A stretch of 64,000 nt of DNA from Octopus bimaculoides. Lineage: Eukaryota. This document shows, piece by piece, positions 28,081 to 41,015 of this stretch (positions within the stretch are counted from its first letter, which is position 1; each line of letters starts with the position of its first letter). The position numbers and the translations under genes were made by a program. The stretch lies in NCBI RefSeq assembly GCF_001194135.2, contig NC_068990.1, forward strand, positions 5,719,277-5,783,276, read 5' to 3'. Under the pieces are notes generated by a model that had not been told where the DNA came from, did not search any database, and saw only the letters and a list, made by a program, of their open reading frames with translations.

Positions 28081-29517
28081 TATGTATGTATATGTATGTA
28101 TGTATGTACGTATGTATGAAATAAATCAATATATGCATATGTAATGTATTTGTGCAGGCATATAGAAGTATGTATGCATAATATATTTATGTGTGTATGC
28201 ATACTATGAATTATGAGATTTTTGAAGTGCACATTGAGTAGGGTTGAACCATGTAGGTTATTGCATTTATTTATGTTTTTCATTTTTGAACAGCGTCTAT
28301 GCCATGACACGTCCTTCAGGGGGCGGGGGTTTCTAGTTCGTTATTTATTTACTTCATTGCTTCGTGCGACGGAACTGTTTTGTATGCTGGAACTTAATGC
28401 TCTTCTACGTTTGATTGTTTATTTGTTGCATATTAATTTTGGAATTTACCATGTATGAATTCTGGCTTTTCCCTATTTTAGCTTCCATTCACAGAACTAA
28501 AATATGTCTAATTATTATAACAACACCCACTGAATTGTACATTTTTGCATTTGCTTAATAAATATAAGAAAATATGTACAGCCATCTTTTGTTGATTTCT
28601 CTAAGGTTTTACCTTTTAATTTCTTAGAACTGGTGACTTAGGTATGTATTCAAATTAGCTATGTTCTTTATTTAAAAGTTAAAAATCAGCTTACAAATTG
28701 TGTCTTGAAAACTTTCGAGCAAACAGATTTCATTTTTTAGTAACTCATTAAACAACGCCCAACGTTTTTTTTAAAGATTTCCATGTTATCACAAAGCACG
28801 TGGTTTATAAACTTATTACTAATTTCCGACATTCCTAAACACCTTTGTTTACTATATCGACTATTAAATTTGCAAAGTGTTCAGACTTACGGTTATTAAT
28901 AAGGTAATCTTAACTGTGCCAGTTCATTTGCTCAACCGTCAGCTTAAAGTTGTTTATTTCGTTTTTGGCTGTTGACCCAACTCGTTGTTTTAACAGTTTG
29001 AAGCCAAATTTCGCCTCCATGCTACTTCTCTTCAGACAGAAATAACAGTAACCAACTGCGATGTAACAATCATAAATCATGTGGAACGCTAAGCTAATCA
29101 ATAGTGACACAGCAGTACCACTATATCTTAGCCTAGACAGCTCAAGGACAGAAAATACGATGGTTATAGAATCAGTATTGACAAAGTTCGAAAATTAATA
29201 AGTGACACCAAAATCGGTATAATTACGATAGACAAACGATGTTTTAGACAGCTATGGTTTAATCCATAAATTCTTCCTTGGGCTGATAGACTTTAATATT
29301 TTTCTTTTAAATTTGATTTTTATGAATTATTTCAGCTTAGCTATTCTAGACATGTATTTTTCCAGTCTACTGCATTTTACTTCTATTTCTCTTTTTCTCT
29401 CATGTTTATTTATTACGCATTCAGTATTAATTTGTCTTAAGCACACACACACTCGCGTGCGTGTACATTCTGAGGTGAAATCAAACACCATGCATGTCTC
29501 AACTTATACTGTTTAAC

Positions 29518-29878
29518 TTGTTTCAGTCATTTCACTATGGCCATGCTGGAGCACTGCCTTTAGTCGAGCAAATCGACCCCAGGGCTTGCTCTTTGTAAGC
29601 CTAGTACTTATTCTGTCGGTTCTTTTGCCGAACCGCTAAGTTACGGGGACGTAAACACACCAACATCGGTTGTCAAGCGATGTTGGAGTGACTCACAAAT
29701 ACACACATATATATACATATATATATTATACGACGGGCTTCTTTCAGTTTCCGTCTACCAATTCCACTCATAAGGCTTTGGTCGGCTCGAGGCTATAGTA
29801 GAAGACACTTGCTCAAGGTGCCACGCAGTGGGACTGAACCCGGAACTACGTGGTTCGTAAGTAAACTACTTACCATAC
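29518..29878 (-). mobile_element. SINE family B
   Basis: tttcagtcatttcactatggccatgctggagcac...agtgggactgaacccggaac. Confidence 0.9.
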
Positions 29879-31744
29879 AGTCCCTTCTGCAGATAAATAG
29901 CAACGTTGTTTGGTAATCAACAGTTTCCCTCTCTAACATTCTCACCAAATTAGTCATTTGACGTATATGATAGAACGAAAGCAATCAATATATGAACTAT
30001 TTATACAATATACTAATTTCCTTGTTTATTTCACCTTTGCTGAGATATGCCACTACCTGTTTGAAACAATATCTAGGACAACTTACTTGTATTGCACATA
30101 TACATTAAAATAAATTCAGATACCACATGCAGGTAGCTCATACAACGCAGTGTCTTGCATATTTGTACACATATCAAGTAGATCCATTCCTATTTGTATT
30201 TTACAGATTTTCCTATGGTATTTTCTAGTCGATTCCTTGGCCGACGTGCCATCTTTTGCAATCTGTTTAGTTAGCAATTTTCGCTACCTGTAGTTTTCTT
30301 TTGATCCCTATCGGTTACAATTTTCCAAGTAATATAGAAGGTGCCAATGTAAAGATTTCCGTGTAAATGATATTTTAGTTTCACTTTTATCAAGCACGTA
30401 AATTTAACCAATGAGAAAGTTTAGCCCATAACATCTGTATGCCAAGTCTGGCTTGTTTAGCAATAGACAAACATGATCATTTTGGATTCATTGTTGTCAC
30501 CGCGTCAAAGTAGACAATGATAAATTTTATCCAATCAGAAGTTTCAACTGTTTGAGCCATTTTTTAAATGTTTTAACATGTACAAACTACTCGCGTTCAC
30601 TTGTCGCATTCAGATATTCAATCTTGTAACAAATATGCGTAAGCTGTTAATTCATCTCACCTCATCGTTATCTACAAACTAATTTCCAGTATTTTAAATA
30701 CACGTACGTTTGCCTTTCCTTTTTATTGATGGCCACTTATTTGCCTGCACACATTTAACTCTACTACACAAATTAAGTGACTCGAAAATATGAATGCTGG
30801 TATGTTTATCATCCATAGCATTTTTAAAACATGATTTATTTACTTTACTTATCAATCTGCGATTTCACAAGCACATTCATGTAAATATTGTCTCGAATGT
30901 TTTAAATTATGATCTGAAATGTTCCATTTCTGGATTTTCTGCTAGTTTAACATGTATTCATAAACTATGTGCAGTGTAATTATTTGCACTTATTCTACCA
31001 AGAAGATCTTTCGAATTCTACGTGTTTGTTAGAATTTAGAAATTAAAGGGGTGGGAAATATATACAACCAATGTTTGTTGATATCACTACGAAGTCAATT
31101 TTTAATTTCCTAAACATCATTATAAACTGAGTCAGGAAAAACATAAGTGAATAGGTTATAGCGTATTTATAAACATGCACACGCACACATACATATTTAT
31201 ATGTATGTGTATAGGATGTGTCGTATTTGAGTGTCCGTGTATGCGTTTGTCTTGGCAAATAATCAATTACATTTATTTACTTGCAACTGTTAATGTACAC
31301 ACACTTACAAACACATGCATATTTACATATGTATATACTTATGAGTGTGAAAAGCTAACAATCACACAAGGGGATAATATTTAAATCGTTAAAAATATTA
31401 TTACTTCGCTTGTAGTGTTTCGTTAATTATCCCCCTTCCTTCAATGTTCAGTTCATGCTCTATAATTATCAATCTAATTAATAATATATTCCTTTTTAGA
31501 TTTTTCCGTACAATTCCGTTTCTTTTTAGCCCTTTTACACTTTAATTCTTAATACCATATCTCTATTCCATTCTTAATACTTTCTCTACTACTCACTGTT
31601 AATTTTTCTACTTGAGTTTCATTTCTACTTTTCATCTTACCTCTCGTCTATAATTTTCCTTTCTTCTCTACTTTCCATAGGCCTCCGCAACATCTCTGTA
31701 TTTTTACATTTCCATCCTTCCATCTATCAATATAATACGTATCC

Positions 31745-31761
31745 TTCTATCTATCTATATT

Positions 31762-31856
<95 letters not shown>

Positions 31857-32012
31857 ATTTGTCTATCTATCTGTCTGTCTATCTGTCTATCCATCTATCT
31901 ATCTGTATGTCTGTCTATCTATCTGTCTATCTATCTGTCTATCTATCTGTCTATCTATCTGCCTATCTATCTATCTGCCTATCAGTCTATCTATCAGTCT
32001 ATCTATCTATCC
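31745..32012. repeat. (TCTA)n/(TCTG)n compound microsatellite
   Basis: Read directly. Confidence 0.95.
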
Positions 32013-32693
32013 AATTACCTAACTAACTATCTAACTGTCTAACTGCTTCTCTCGCAGTTTTTAATCTGCATGGATAATAACTGGAGGAGATGTAATATTT
32101 ATTTATACCAGGTTGTATCTAAGAAGTAATACAATTCTATCATATATTACGTTATTCATAGCAAATCCGCAAATCTACTTTTCAGCATTTCTAGGAATAA
32201 ACTATACAATTATAACAGCGTGATTACTTTGTCGCTTATTTTTACAGAGCCATGTATTCAATTTTTAAAGAAGACACGAACCATTTATTTAAGCCCACAC
32301 ATGCACGCACACACACACCTCCAGAGGAACACACACAGACACCAACACACATATGTATGTATATGTATATCTATATGCATATATATATATATATATATGT
32401 ATATGTATATATAAATGTATATATATGTATANNNNNNNNNNNNNNNNNNNNNNNNNNNNNNNNNNNNNNNNNNNNNNNNNNNNNNNNNNNNNNNNNNNNN
32501 NNNNNNNNNNNNNNNNNNNNNNNNNNNNNNNNNNNNNNNNNNNNNNNNNNNNNNNNNNNNNNNNNNNNNNNNNNNNNNNNNNNNNNNNNNNNNNNNNNNN
32601 NNNNNNNNNNNNNNNNNNNNNNNNNNNNNNNNNNNNNNNNNNNNNNNNNNNNNNNNNNNNNNNNNNNNNNNNNNNNNNNNNNNNNNNNNNNNN

Positions 32694-32725
<32 letters not shown>

Positions 32726-32727
<2 letters not shown>

Positions 32728-33285
32728 GGGGTTGGACAAAATAATAGAAACACCTAGCACCATAGCACATTAATTTTGAAGTATATATAAAACCATCAAA
32801 AGCTTGTATATATTTATGTTTTTTGATTTATTATTGGTGTTGTTTAATCTGTTTTGCTAAAATTGTTGTTTCTTTTCAGATATCAGAAAAAGCTAATTAA
32901 AATTCATTAAAATGACAGATCTATTAGACTTTCAAAGAGGTCAAATTGTTGGTGCTCGTATGGCAGGCGCTAGTGTAACGAAAACAGCCAAAATATTTGG
33001 TGTATCGTAAAGTTCTGTCACGAAAGTAATGACAGCCTTTGAGAAAGAGGGAAAATACATCCTCGTCGAAACAAAGCTCCGGAAGAAAACCAAAACTTTC
33101 AGATAGGTACCGTCGGACTCTTACGCAAATTGTTAGAAAGGATCACAAAAGTACAGCACCCAAAATTACAGCAGAGCTTAATGACCACCTCGAGAACCCA
33201 GTTTCCACAAAAACAGTTCACCGGGAGCTGCACAAAGCCGGATTTCACGGGAGGGCTGCAATCAGAAAACCACTACTTTCACTTT
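32726..33285 (+). mobile_element. Tc1 transposon, 5' TIR plus N-terminal transposase, truncated
   Basis: It starts caggggttggacaaaataatagaaacacc. From 32912 it encodes MTDLLDFQRGQIVGARMAGASVTKTAKIFGVS...GRKPKLSDR...VSTKTVHRELHKAGFHGRAAIRKPLLS (paired-like HTH plus GRxR linker). Confidence 0.9.
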
Positions 33286-33329
33286 TATCAGTTCATTTTA
33301 CAGACCTTTGTTGTAGACATGTATTACGG

Positions 33330-34260
33330 CCGCTTATAAGTGACTGTTACGGTTATATGATCCCTATTCATTTCCAAGTGGAGGAGGCGAAGGAGATGTG
33401 AGGATTACTATGTAGGTGAAGCTTAGACCGGTTGCTGGTATTGCCCAGTGGACAGCATGGTCCACAAGGGAACTAGGTTATCCTCTATAGAAGAAGTCTT
33501 CAGCCAAGTGGAAGAAATTGAGAGAATGGAGTAGTGAATCTTGAGTTGAGAGGGCGTGTAATATGAATAGAGGTGAGAGACAATGGCCTTCTAATGGACT
33601 GGGGCAAATAGATGGTGGTTGCCAATGATGTAAACATCTAGAAATTGAATGTCTGAAACAAGTTAATATAAGAGGTGAAGCTAACGAGTTGCTGTTGTTT
33701 GCTGGGTAAGATGGTTCTAATGTATTTGAATATATAGCGTCAGTATACCTCTGGCGCGGTTCAAGTGGACTGCGTAAAAATTATTGATCAATATTGCTGA
33801 GAAAATCATTTATGATGTTTGGGCTTATTTTGCACCTGTGGTGACCGCGCTCGTTCATTCATAACAGTCATCAGAAAATGAGAAGCAATTCAAAATGAAA
33901 GCGAGTTCGGCCAGCTGGAAAAGGTTAGTCATTTCGAAATTAGATGCTGGTAGGCTGTAGCTGTGGGGTATAATCGTATAAAGCATTTAAACGTCCTTCT
34001 TGAATAACATTTTGAAATGTCTTGAGGAAAAGTAAAACTATTCACAGAGAGCTCGAGAACAACTGATATTCATGTGTGTTGGTAAGGCAGGAACAAAGGT
34101 TTATAAAAGTCTGTCGAAATACCTAGAAAGACGTTCGTTGGAACAATTAATGGCTGAGATGATATTGGGTGGGGGCTAGGATTATCGAGTTGGGGAATTT
34201 GTTGAGCGGAAATAAACGATTGGAGTTACACAGAATTCCTGTATTGTCAGAGGGCGAAAT
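33330..34260 (-). mobile_element. Penelope-like reverse transcriptase relic
   Basis: PNIISAINCSNERLSRYFD..., KDV*MLYTIIPH, LAELAFILNCFSF, RYTDAIY and FLDV are degenerate PLE RT motifs (RPIVS, DV.SLYT.IPH, LAELVL.LN.F.F, RYIDD, FLD). Confidence 0.75.
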
Positions 34261-34935
34261 GAGTTAGAGAGATGTGAGGATGCACGGTTGTAGAGTGTTG
34301 CAACTGGTTATGGCAGAGGAAGTCTCTAGGCAACTTGCTATAGAAGAGAGGTTAGTTGAGTTCAACGCACTTGGCCAATCCATTAAACACCTCTCTATGT
34401 TCGGTATAAAGGCCTCTTAATAATCCCCTCACAACTCGCCTGCTGCGTATGAACGCTCGTTTGAAGACAAACTTACTGAGAATGCTTTCAGCTTAAGTGT
34501 CATGTTTTATCATTTTTAATTTCAGTTTCATTTTAATATTATTTCTAATTATATCGTTTAGGTGCTTTTGTTATTGTCTACGTGTGCATCAATATTATTT
34601 GGTGTGCGTTCATGCTGCTGCTGTTACAAGAATGACATTTTTTTCTTTTTAAATCATTAATAATTTTGCTTTTGCATCTCAATTTTAATATAATTGCATG
34701 GATGTGCGTACGATTTACAACTCAAGAGCTAGTCGCACAGTTTCCATCTTACTTGCGTATGCATAATACCCACGTAAATGTATGTGTCTGAATGAAGTCG
34801 TTAACAAACTTCCTCTTCTGTTTGCTGATCAATCCAAAGAAAAACAGAAACACTATTCCTTAAGTTAAACATACGTTCGAAATGTAAAGTCCCGCACCCT
34901 TATTCTTTTATCCTTTTATTCTTTCATTCTTTTAC

Positions 34936-35125
34936 TGTTTCAGTCATTTGACAGCGGCCATGAACGAGCACCGTCTTGAAGGATTTTAGTCGAACAAATC
35001 CACCCCAAAACTTATTTTTCAAGCCTAGTACTTACTCTATCAGGATCTTTTGATGAACTACTAGATTACAGGGATGTAAACACGCCAATACCGGTTGTCA
35101 AGTGGTGATGGAGACAAATACAGAC
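34936..35125 (-). mobile_element. SINE family B, 3' half
   Basis: gtttcagtcatttgacagcggccatg...ccggttgtcaagtggtg. Confidence 0.8.
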
Positions 35126-35326
35126 ACACACACATAGACATATATGTATATATATATGTATATATATATACATACATACATACATACATACATACATACA
35201 TACATACATACATACATACATACATACAGGAGTAAGAACATAAATGCGAAACAAGCTGGAAAAAATAGTACTCGGGTACCAGAGGTAGAGTAATATGGTT
35301 TATTGAAAAGCAGCAAAAATATCACG

Positions 35327-35371
35327 AAAACTGTTACTCAGAGTTTCACGTTCCCGTTCGTCGGACGCTTT
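35327..35371 (-). ncRNA. Degenerate or variant type I hammerhead motif
   Basis: The minus strand reads AAAGCGU CCGACGA ACG-GGAA-CGU GAA ACUC-U-GAGU A ACAGUUUU. The core has U4>C and stem I is imperfect. Confidence 0.45.
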
Positions 35372-36719
35372 TGTTTAAAGTGGAACAGAAATAAGGTTAT
35401 AAGCAAACATATACAACGACTAATTGTATATGTTTGCAAGCTTCTTACCACACAACCACGCCTGCGCCATATTGTTCATATTCTCTCAAGACCTGATTCC
35501 ATCTTGAAATTTTCTATTCTCTATCACTCTCACTCTCTCTCGTTCTCTCCACCAAACATACGCATGCTATGATACTAACTCTCTACTGCATCCGGTAATT
35601 CTCTGCTCTGTTCCCACTTATATGAACTAAGAAAACAAAATTCTCTCTCTCCTCGAAAAAGAAACCTTGTCCGAAACGTTGGAGCCATGTATTCAGTTGG
35701 CATAGGAACATAAGAAACTTTAAACATTACCGGTATATAACCTTTACGATGGATGCAGAACCCTATTAAACTCCCTAGAATGTATTTCTTACCTATGAGT
35801 ATGTACATACATACACATAAACATACAAGTATGTATGTATATGCCTATATGTAATCATAATTCAATCTGCTTTCCTTTATTTCGTGCGATTTCGATCTTT
35901 CGGGATAGAATAATTAAATATGTATTGTAGACTGAACGACTGTTGCAATTTCATGCATTTATATTTCTTAATTTATACTTCATCACTGTATTTCGTTATT
36001 ATTTAATATTTATATTTTCATTTTGTAGTTTGCTACTATTTTTCCCCATCCTTAATACTGTTCTATAACACTTTTCACATTTTGCCCTCAGTCTTTTCCT
36101 TGTTTAATTGCTTTAGTTCATTTAATTATATTTCTTAACAGTATTTGGTTTGGTTTTGTGTCAGAATGAAAACAACATTATCAATAAACACAATAGAAAT
36201 CAATTCAAAATGAGTTTTAAAAATTACTCCAACCTCAAATCTATTTCAGTTTTGAAAGGATTGAGTTATGCTTTATCTAAAGTAAACAGAATAAATAGGA
36301 AGACCTCTTTTTTCTTTGAATCTCATTCATAAATCTTTATAAAAGTATTTCAGAGAAATATGATAAACGAAACAAATTAGATTAAATATTAATTAGGCAT
36401 CTCATTTCCCTAATCGTCGAGTTTGTGCTGGAAAATACAGCTTCTATCCAAAAGATGATAATACCAAACGCGATTTATCTTTGCCGGTAAATTATGCATA
36501 GTGAACCAAGAAGGTAACTTCATCGACAACAAAACAACTCTGTACGGCTTTTTAAAGCATTTAAGCTATTGCTACAAAAGTATTCTTTTAATTGGTAATT
36601 CTGTGAAAACACGTTTCTTCATTTCATGTAAGAAAGAAAGAAGGAAGGTGAGTGCCAGGTATCCTAGTGTGTTACAATCTGGATATGTTAATAGGTGGCT
36701 GTACTAAAAGAATGAGTTT

Positions 36720-37270
36720 TTCATGTGTGTCAGAATTTCTGTTGTTCGATCAGTATCACAGACGAACTTTATCCAGGACAGACCCCAGTTGACAGACCAG
36801 ACAAAATATTTAATATGAAAGTTAGGGATCTCTTGCATGATATTTTGTAGAATAATGTTTTGGGAGAGTTTGCAGGGTACATGTGGACTATAGAGTTTCA
36901 AAGGCAGCTAACTCATTTGCATGTAAATTACACTATACTGATTTCCCTGAACTCTACACATGAAATAACAGTGAGAAAATGTGGCATCTCAGAAAAAATA
37001 TACACACTCAATTGGGCGTATCTACTTTGTTTCACCAAAGGAACAAGAGCGATTCTATCTGAAAGCTTTACTATATCATATTCCCGGAGCTACATCATTT
37101 GAAGGTATGAGTACTATTGATGGTGTAGTCTGCCATAGTTACAAAGAGGCTGCAATAAAACTGGGTTTAGCACATGATGACCGTGAATACTATCAGACTA
37201 TGAAGTTTGCAAAAATTTCGGCTACTCCATATCAGATACTAAGACTTTTCTGCTCCAGTCAAATGCGTTA
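36720..37270 (+). mobile_element. Helitron Rep/helicase relic, internally deleted
   Basis: ELYPGQTPVDRPD, NVLGEFAGYMWTIEFQRQLTHLH (Rep motif 2, IEFQ.RG.PH.H), TDFPELYT, and IGRIYFVSPKEQERFYLKALLYHIPGATSFE...GLAHDD. Confidence 0.85.
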
Positions 37271-38203
37271 TTTTATTCCACATGAGTAGAAATATTGGAA
37301 AAATAGAAGTTGAAAATGCACTGAGAATAGTTAAAATATCTGTTATTAATATATTTAAAGCTTTAATCGGTTTCACAGTTTGCACTGATTTTCAAAAAGT
37401 TCAAATAGAAAGATGTGGCTTATGTCGCAGCTGTCTTGCTTCTGACGAGTGGTTGAAGCTCGTCCTATTTTTATAGGGAGTTTCTGACTCAAATTAGTAT
37501 ATGTTCTGAAGAGGATTTGATTGGTAGAGGATAGTCACATGACTGGTCTTAGAAATTTTTATAGGTTCCCAGCTATGTCCGTTTGTTAGTATCAAGTGAC
37601 AATGTTTTGCGTCGTAAGTTAAGGCTGACCCGGTTGACTGCACATGTCAAAATAATCAATCCTCTGAATGCTTTCTATCAAGTGCATTTTCAACTTCTAT
37701 TTTTCCTGTCTATCATGCACATAGTGTGACCGACAACGGAACGTTATAGTCGAGACTACCTCGCGTCTGATAATATTTGCCAAGGTTCTGAATAAAAGTG
37801 TAAGGGGCCGTGGGCGTTTGCATGGTGATCGCGTTTTATTGGTTCATTTTCAATTATCTTCGTGCGTGCTTGTTCTGTTTGATGTGTCGAAATGGAAGAA
37901 GAAGCTAATGAGTGTACGTCTGTATGTGTGTGTGAGTTTGTGCATGTGCTTTGTGCGTACTTGTTTTTGTGTGTGTGAGTGTGTATGTGCGAGCGTGTTC
38001 TGTTTTTATGTATTTATGTGTGTGGAATGTAGATATAACAAAAACAATGTCGTATTTTAAACTTGAGAAAAGCCTTGCATATTTGCCTTTACTTTCCTCG
38101 TTTGTGTATGTAAAATCCGTAAATTTCCAAGAAGAAAACGAGATCAAACGTCGAAAAAGCCGTATTAGTTATAATAGTCCAGGTGTTTTTTTTTTAAACC
38201 ATC

Positions 38204-38314
38204 AAAGAGCCGACGTATTGCAACATGCATTAAAGAGCTGAAATATTGCAGCATGCATTAAAGAGCTGAAATATAGCAACATGCATCAAAGAGCCGAAAT
38301 ATTGCAACGTGTAT
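38204..38314. repeat. 28-bp minisatellite, four copies
   Basis: Unit aaagagctgaaatattgcaacatgcatt, starting at 38204, 38232, 38260 and 38288. Confidence 0.9.
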
Positions 38315-38655
38315 GGAGAAAAGGAAGAAATGTAAATTAACACTTACTATTGATTAAAAGAAATGCGAAAGAAAAAAATATAAATCACATTAATTTCTAT
38401 TAATTTTAAAGCTAAATTAAACAAGATCTGGCTGACTATACGCTCACACACACACACACACACACACATACATATAAGAACAAGCACGCTCACACACACA
38501 TACACTCACGCATACACATACTCACACACACAAGAACAAGCAAGCGTGTACACACATGCACACCCACACAGACGTACATTCATTAGCTGCCACACCATTA
38601 GGAGAAATACGGTGTATATATAAAATATTACAAGCGTTGCCTTGAAAATTACAAA

Positions 38656-39085
38656 ACTAGAATTGAAAATTGCGCATGCTCAAAAGAGTTACAGAATGTC
38701 ATGATAAACTTAAAAAGTATGGGACTCGCATTGGAATATTGGAATCACTATATGTTGTACATTCCGTGGTATTCTTTTATCACAAGAAATTTGTTTACTT
38801 CATCGACATTAAGTTATATTAAAAATTGATTAAGTTAAATCATCGTGTCCTCAGTTTTAACAAAACAATTATGTACAAATTCTAATGTCATCTTTACGCG
38901 ATAATTCAATCTATGAAAGATAATTTCTACAAACTAAACAAATTTCTTGTGCTAGAAGGATGCCACAGAATGTACAACATATAGTGATTCTAATATTTTT
39001 GAGCAACAATGCTAGTCCCATTCCTTTTAAGGTTTATTACGACATTCTGTAACCCTTTTGAGCATGCGCATTTTTCGATTATAGT
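38656..39085. mobile_element. MITE with terminal inverted repeats of about 55 bp
   Basis: The left end actagaattgaaaattgcgcatgctcaaaagagttacagaatgtcatgataaac matches the reverse complement of the right end, actataatcgaaaaatgcgcatgctcaaaagggttacagaatgtcgtaataaac. Confidence 0.85.
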
Positions 39086-39094
39086 ATATAAATA

Positions 39095-40329
39095 CAGGGT
39101 GCGTAAGATATTTGAGGACAGATTTTGTTTATAAAACAACAGGTGATAAATTTATTTATCAAAAAATGCTATGAGGATAAAAATAAACTTTCTTTTCTAT
39201 AATGTTATTCAATAAAACCAACTTCAGCTTCAACAACTGCTTCTATATGGGATCTAAATCATCTCCATGCTCGAATCAAGTGGTCCCGGTTCACGTTGGA
39301 CATTACTCTGACTATGGCAGCTTTCAAAGAATCTTTGGTGTTATGGGCGTGTTCGCTGACCTCTCTCTCAACAACGCACCACTTGTAATAGTCCAATGGA
39401 TTGAGATCTGGATAATTAAGAGGTCAAATGTTAGGGTGATGTGATCATGAAAATTTTCAGCCATCCATTCTTGTGTTACTAGAGCCATGTGTGATAGTAC
39501 AGGGTCTTACTGAAACACATATGGCCTTCCATTGCAAACACTGTCTATCCAGGGCTTAACAATTATTTTCAGGACATCAATGTGGACCGCAGAGTTAACT
39601 CTAAGGCCTTGTGGAACGAAGTAAAGAGGCATCACATCTCCTTCATTGCTAACAACCCCTAAAACAATGACAGTTGCTGGAAATTGTGTATGCATAACAC
39701 TTGGAACTTCAGAAGTCCGCACATAGCCATCTGTCTTTTCTTCTTTTAACTTTCTAATCTTGGTCGAAGTTTTTCGCGTTTGAGAAAAACCAAATCAAAT
39801 CTGCTGGACTTTTCAATTCGTTTCAGAGACTTTTAGATCTGTGTAATGATTTTCTTTTGCTTTTTTGGATAAACTGACCTTTCCCCATAATATAAGACAT
39901 ATCTGATGTCTTCGTGGAAAGAATTCTTGATTGTTCCTTCTGACACATGGAGTTCTTTTGCAATTGACGTCACGGACTTTCTGGGATTGCAATCAATGAT
40001 CTGTTGAACTTACTGGATAAATTCCAGTGTTCTGAGGGTTTCAGAGCGGTTAGAATGCTTGGTATGCTTTGATACTGGTGACACGTTTCAATCTGTACTC
40101 TCTAGCTCATTACAAACTTTGTAGACGAAAGATCTGAGAACTTTTTAAACTCGAGATATTTCTAAATCACAATGCTCAGCCTTTATAACCACAATAACAG
40201 CATGCCTCTTCATTTCTTGAGTCAGCTGAGGGTCTGCCATTATTATTTTCTGAAACAAAGAGTATACAGAGTTAGGAAAAAATGGAACAATGACCCAAAA
40301 AGCTATGTCCTCAAATACCTTACGCACGC

Positions 40330-40331
<2 letters not shown>
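39095..40331 (-). mobile_element. Full-length decayed IS630-Tc1-mariner element, maT-like (DD37D)
   Basis: 26-bp TIRs (cagggtgcgtaagatatttgaggaca, 23/26 match) are flanked by TA. The transposase relic reads MADPQLTQEMKRHA..., FFSNAKNFDQD, YVFQ*D and PDLNPLDY, with about 37 residues between the last two catalytic Asp across a frameshift. Confidence 0.88.
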
Positions 40332-40362
<31 letters not shown>

Positions 40363-40487
40363 ATATATCCCCTTTGTTATCTCTCCTTTTTCTTAGGTCT
40401 CCTGTGTGAACTTTCTGTCCGGCAGTCGCCATGATAGATCGCTGACCACTACATTAAAATTGTTTTCTCCTTGTTTTTCTCCTAATT

Positions 40488-40524
40488 TCTTTCTGTTAAA
40501 GAGCGTAGCACGAAACGTTAAAGA
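40488..40524 (+). ncRNA. Degenerate minimal type I hammerhead motif
   Basis: UCUUU CUGUUAA AGAGC GUAG CAC GAAAC GUU AAAGA has a perfect 5-bp stem I and the palindromic GAAACGUU; the core and stem II are mutated. Confidence 0.45.
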
Positions 40525-40820
40525 CCTTCTCTATTCCTGAGCGTTAAACTAATACCTCCTTTTGTTGTTTACACCACCTGTCTTCGTCTGTTGTTGTTTT
40601 TTCCGTAAATTCTCCAATATATATATATATATTTGTGTGTGTGTGTGTAATTTTCAAACGATTTGAATTTGTCAAACCTGCTTTTCACTGAAATCTTTTA
40701 TTGTGATCTATATTTGTTTTACTTCGCGGTTTTCTTGACAGGGAACAATTTTCTAATGTTCTTCTGTAGTATTCAACATGCCGAGTACTGTACTCTACTT
40801 ATGAACAAACAAAATTGCTG

Positions 40821-40870
<50 letters not shown>

Positions 40871-40956
40871 ACACACACACATACGTATACACACACGTAT
40901 ATATCTACGTATATATATATATGTGTGTGTTTGTGTGTATGTATGCGAGCGTGTGC

Positions 40957-41015
<59 letters not shown>

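Noticed and set aside
13118-32773. Long ORFs of up to 446 aa containing X runs
   Set aside because: They are artefacts of N gaps and (TA)n/(CA)n repeats.
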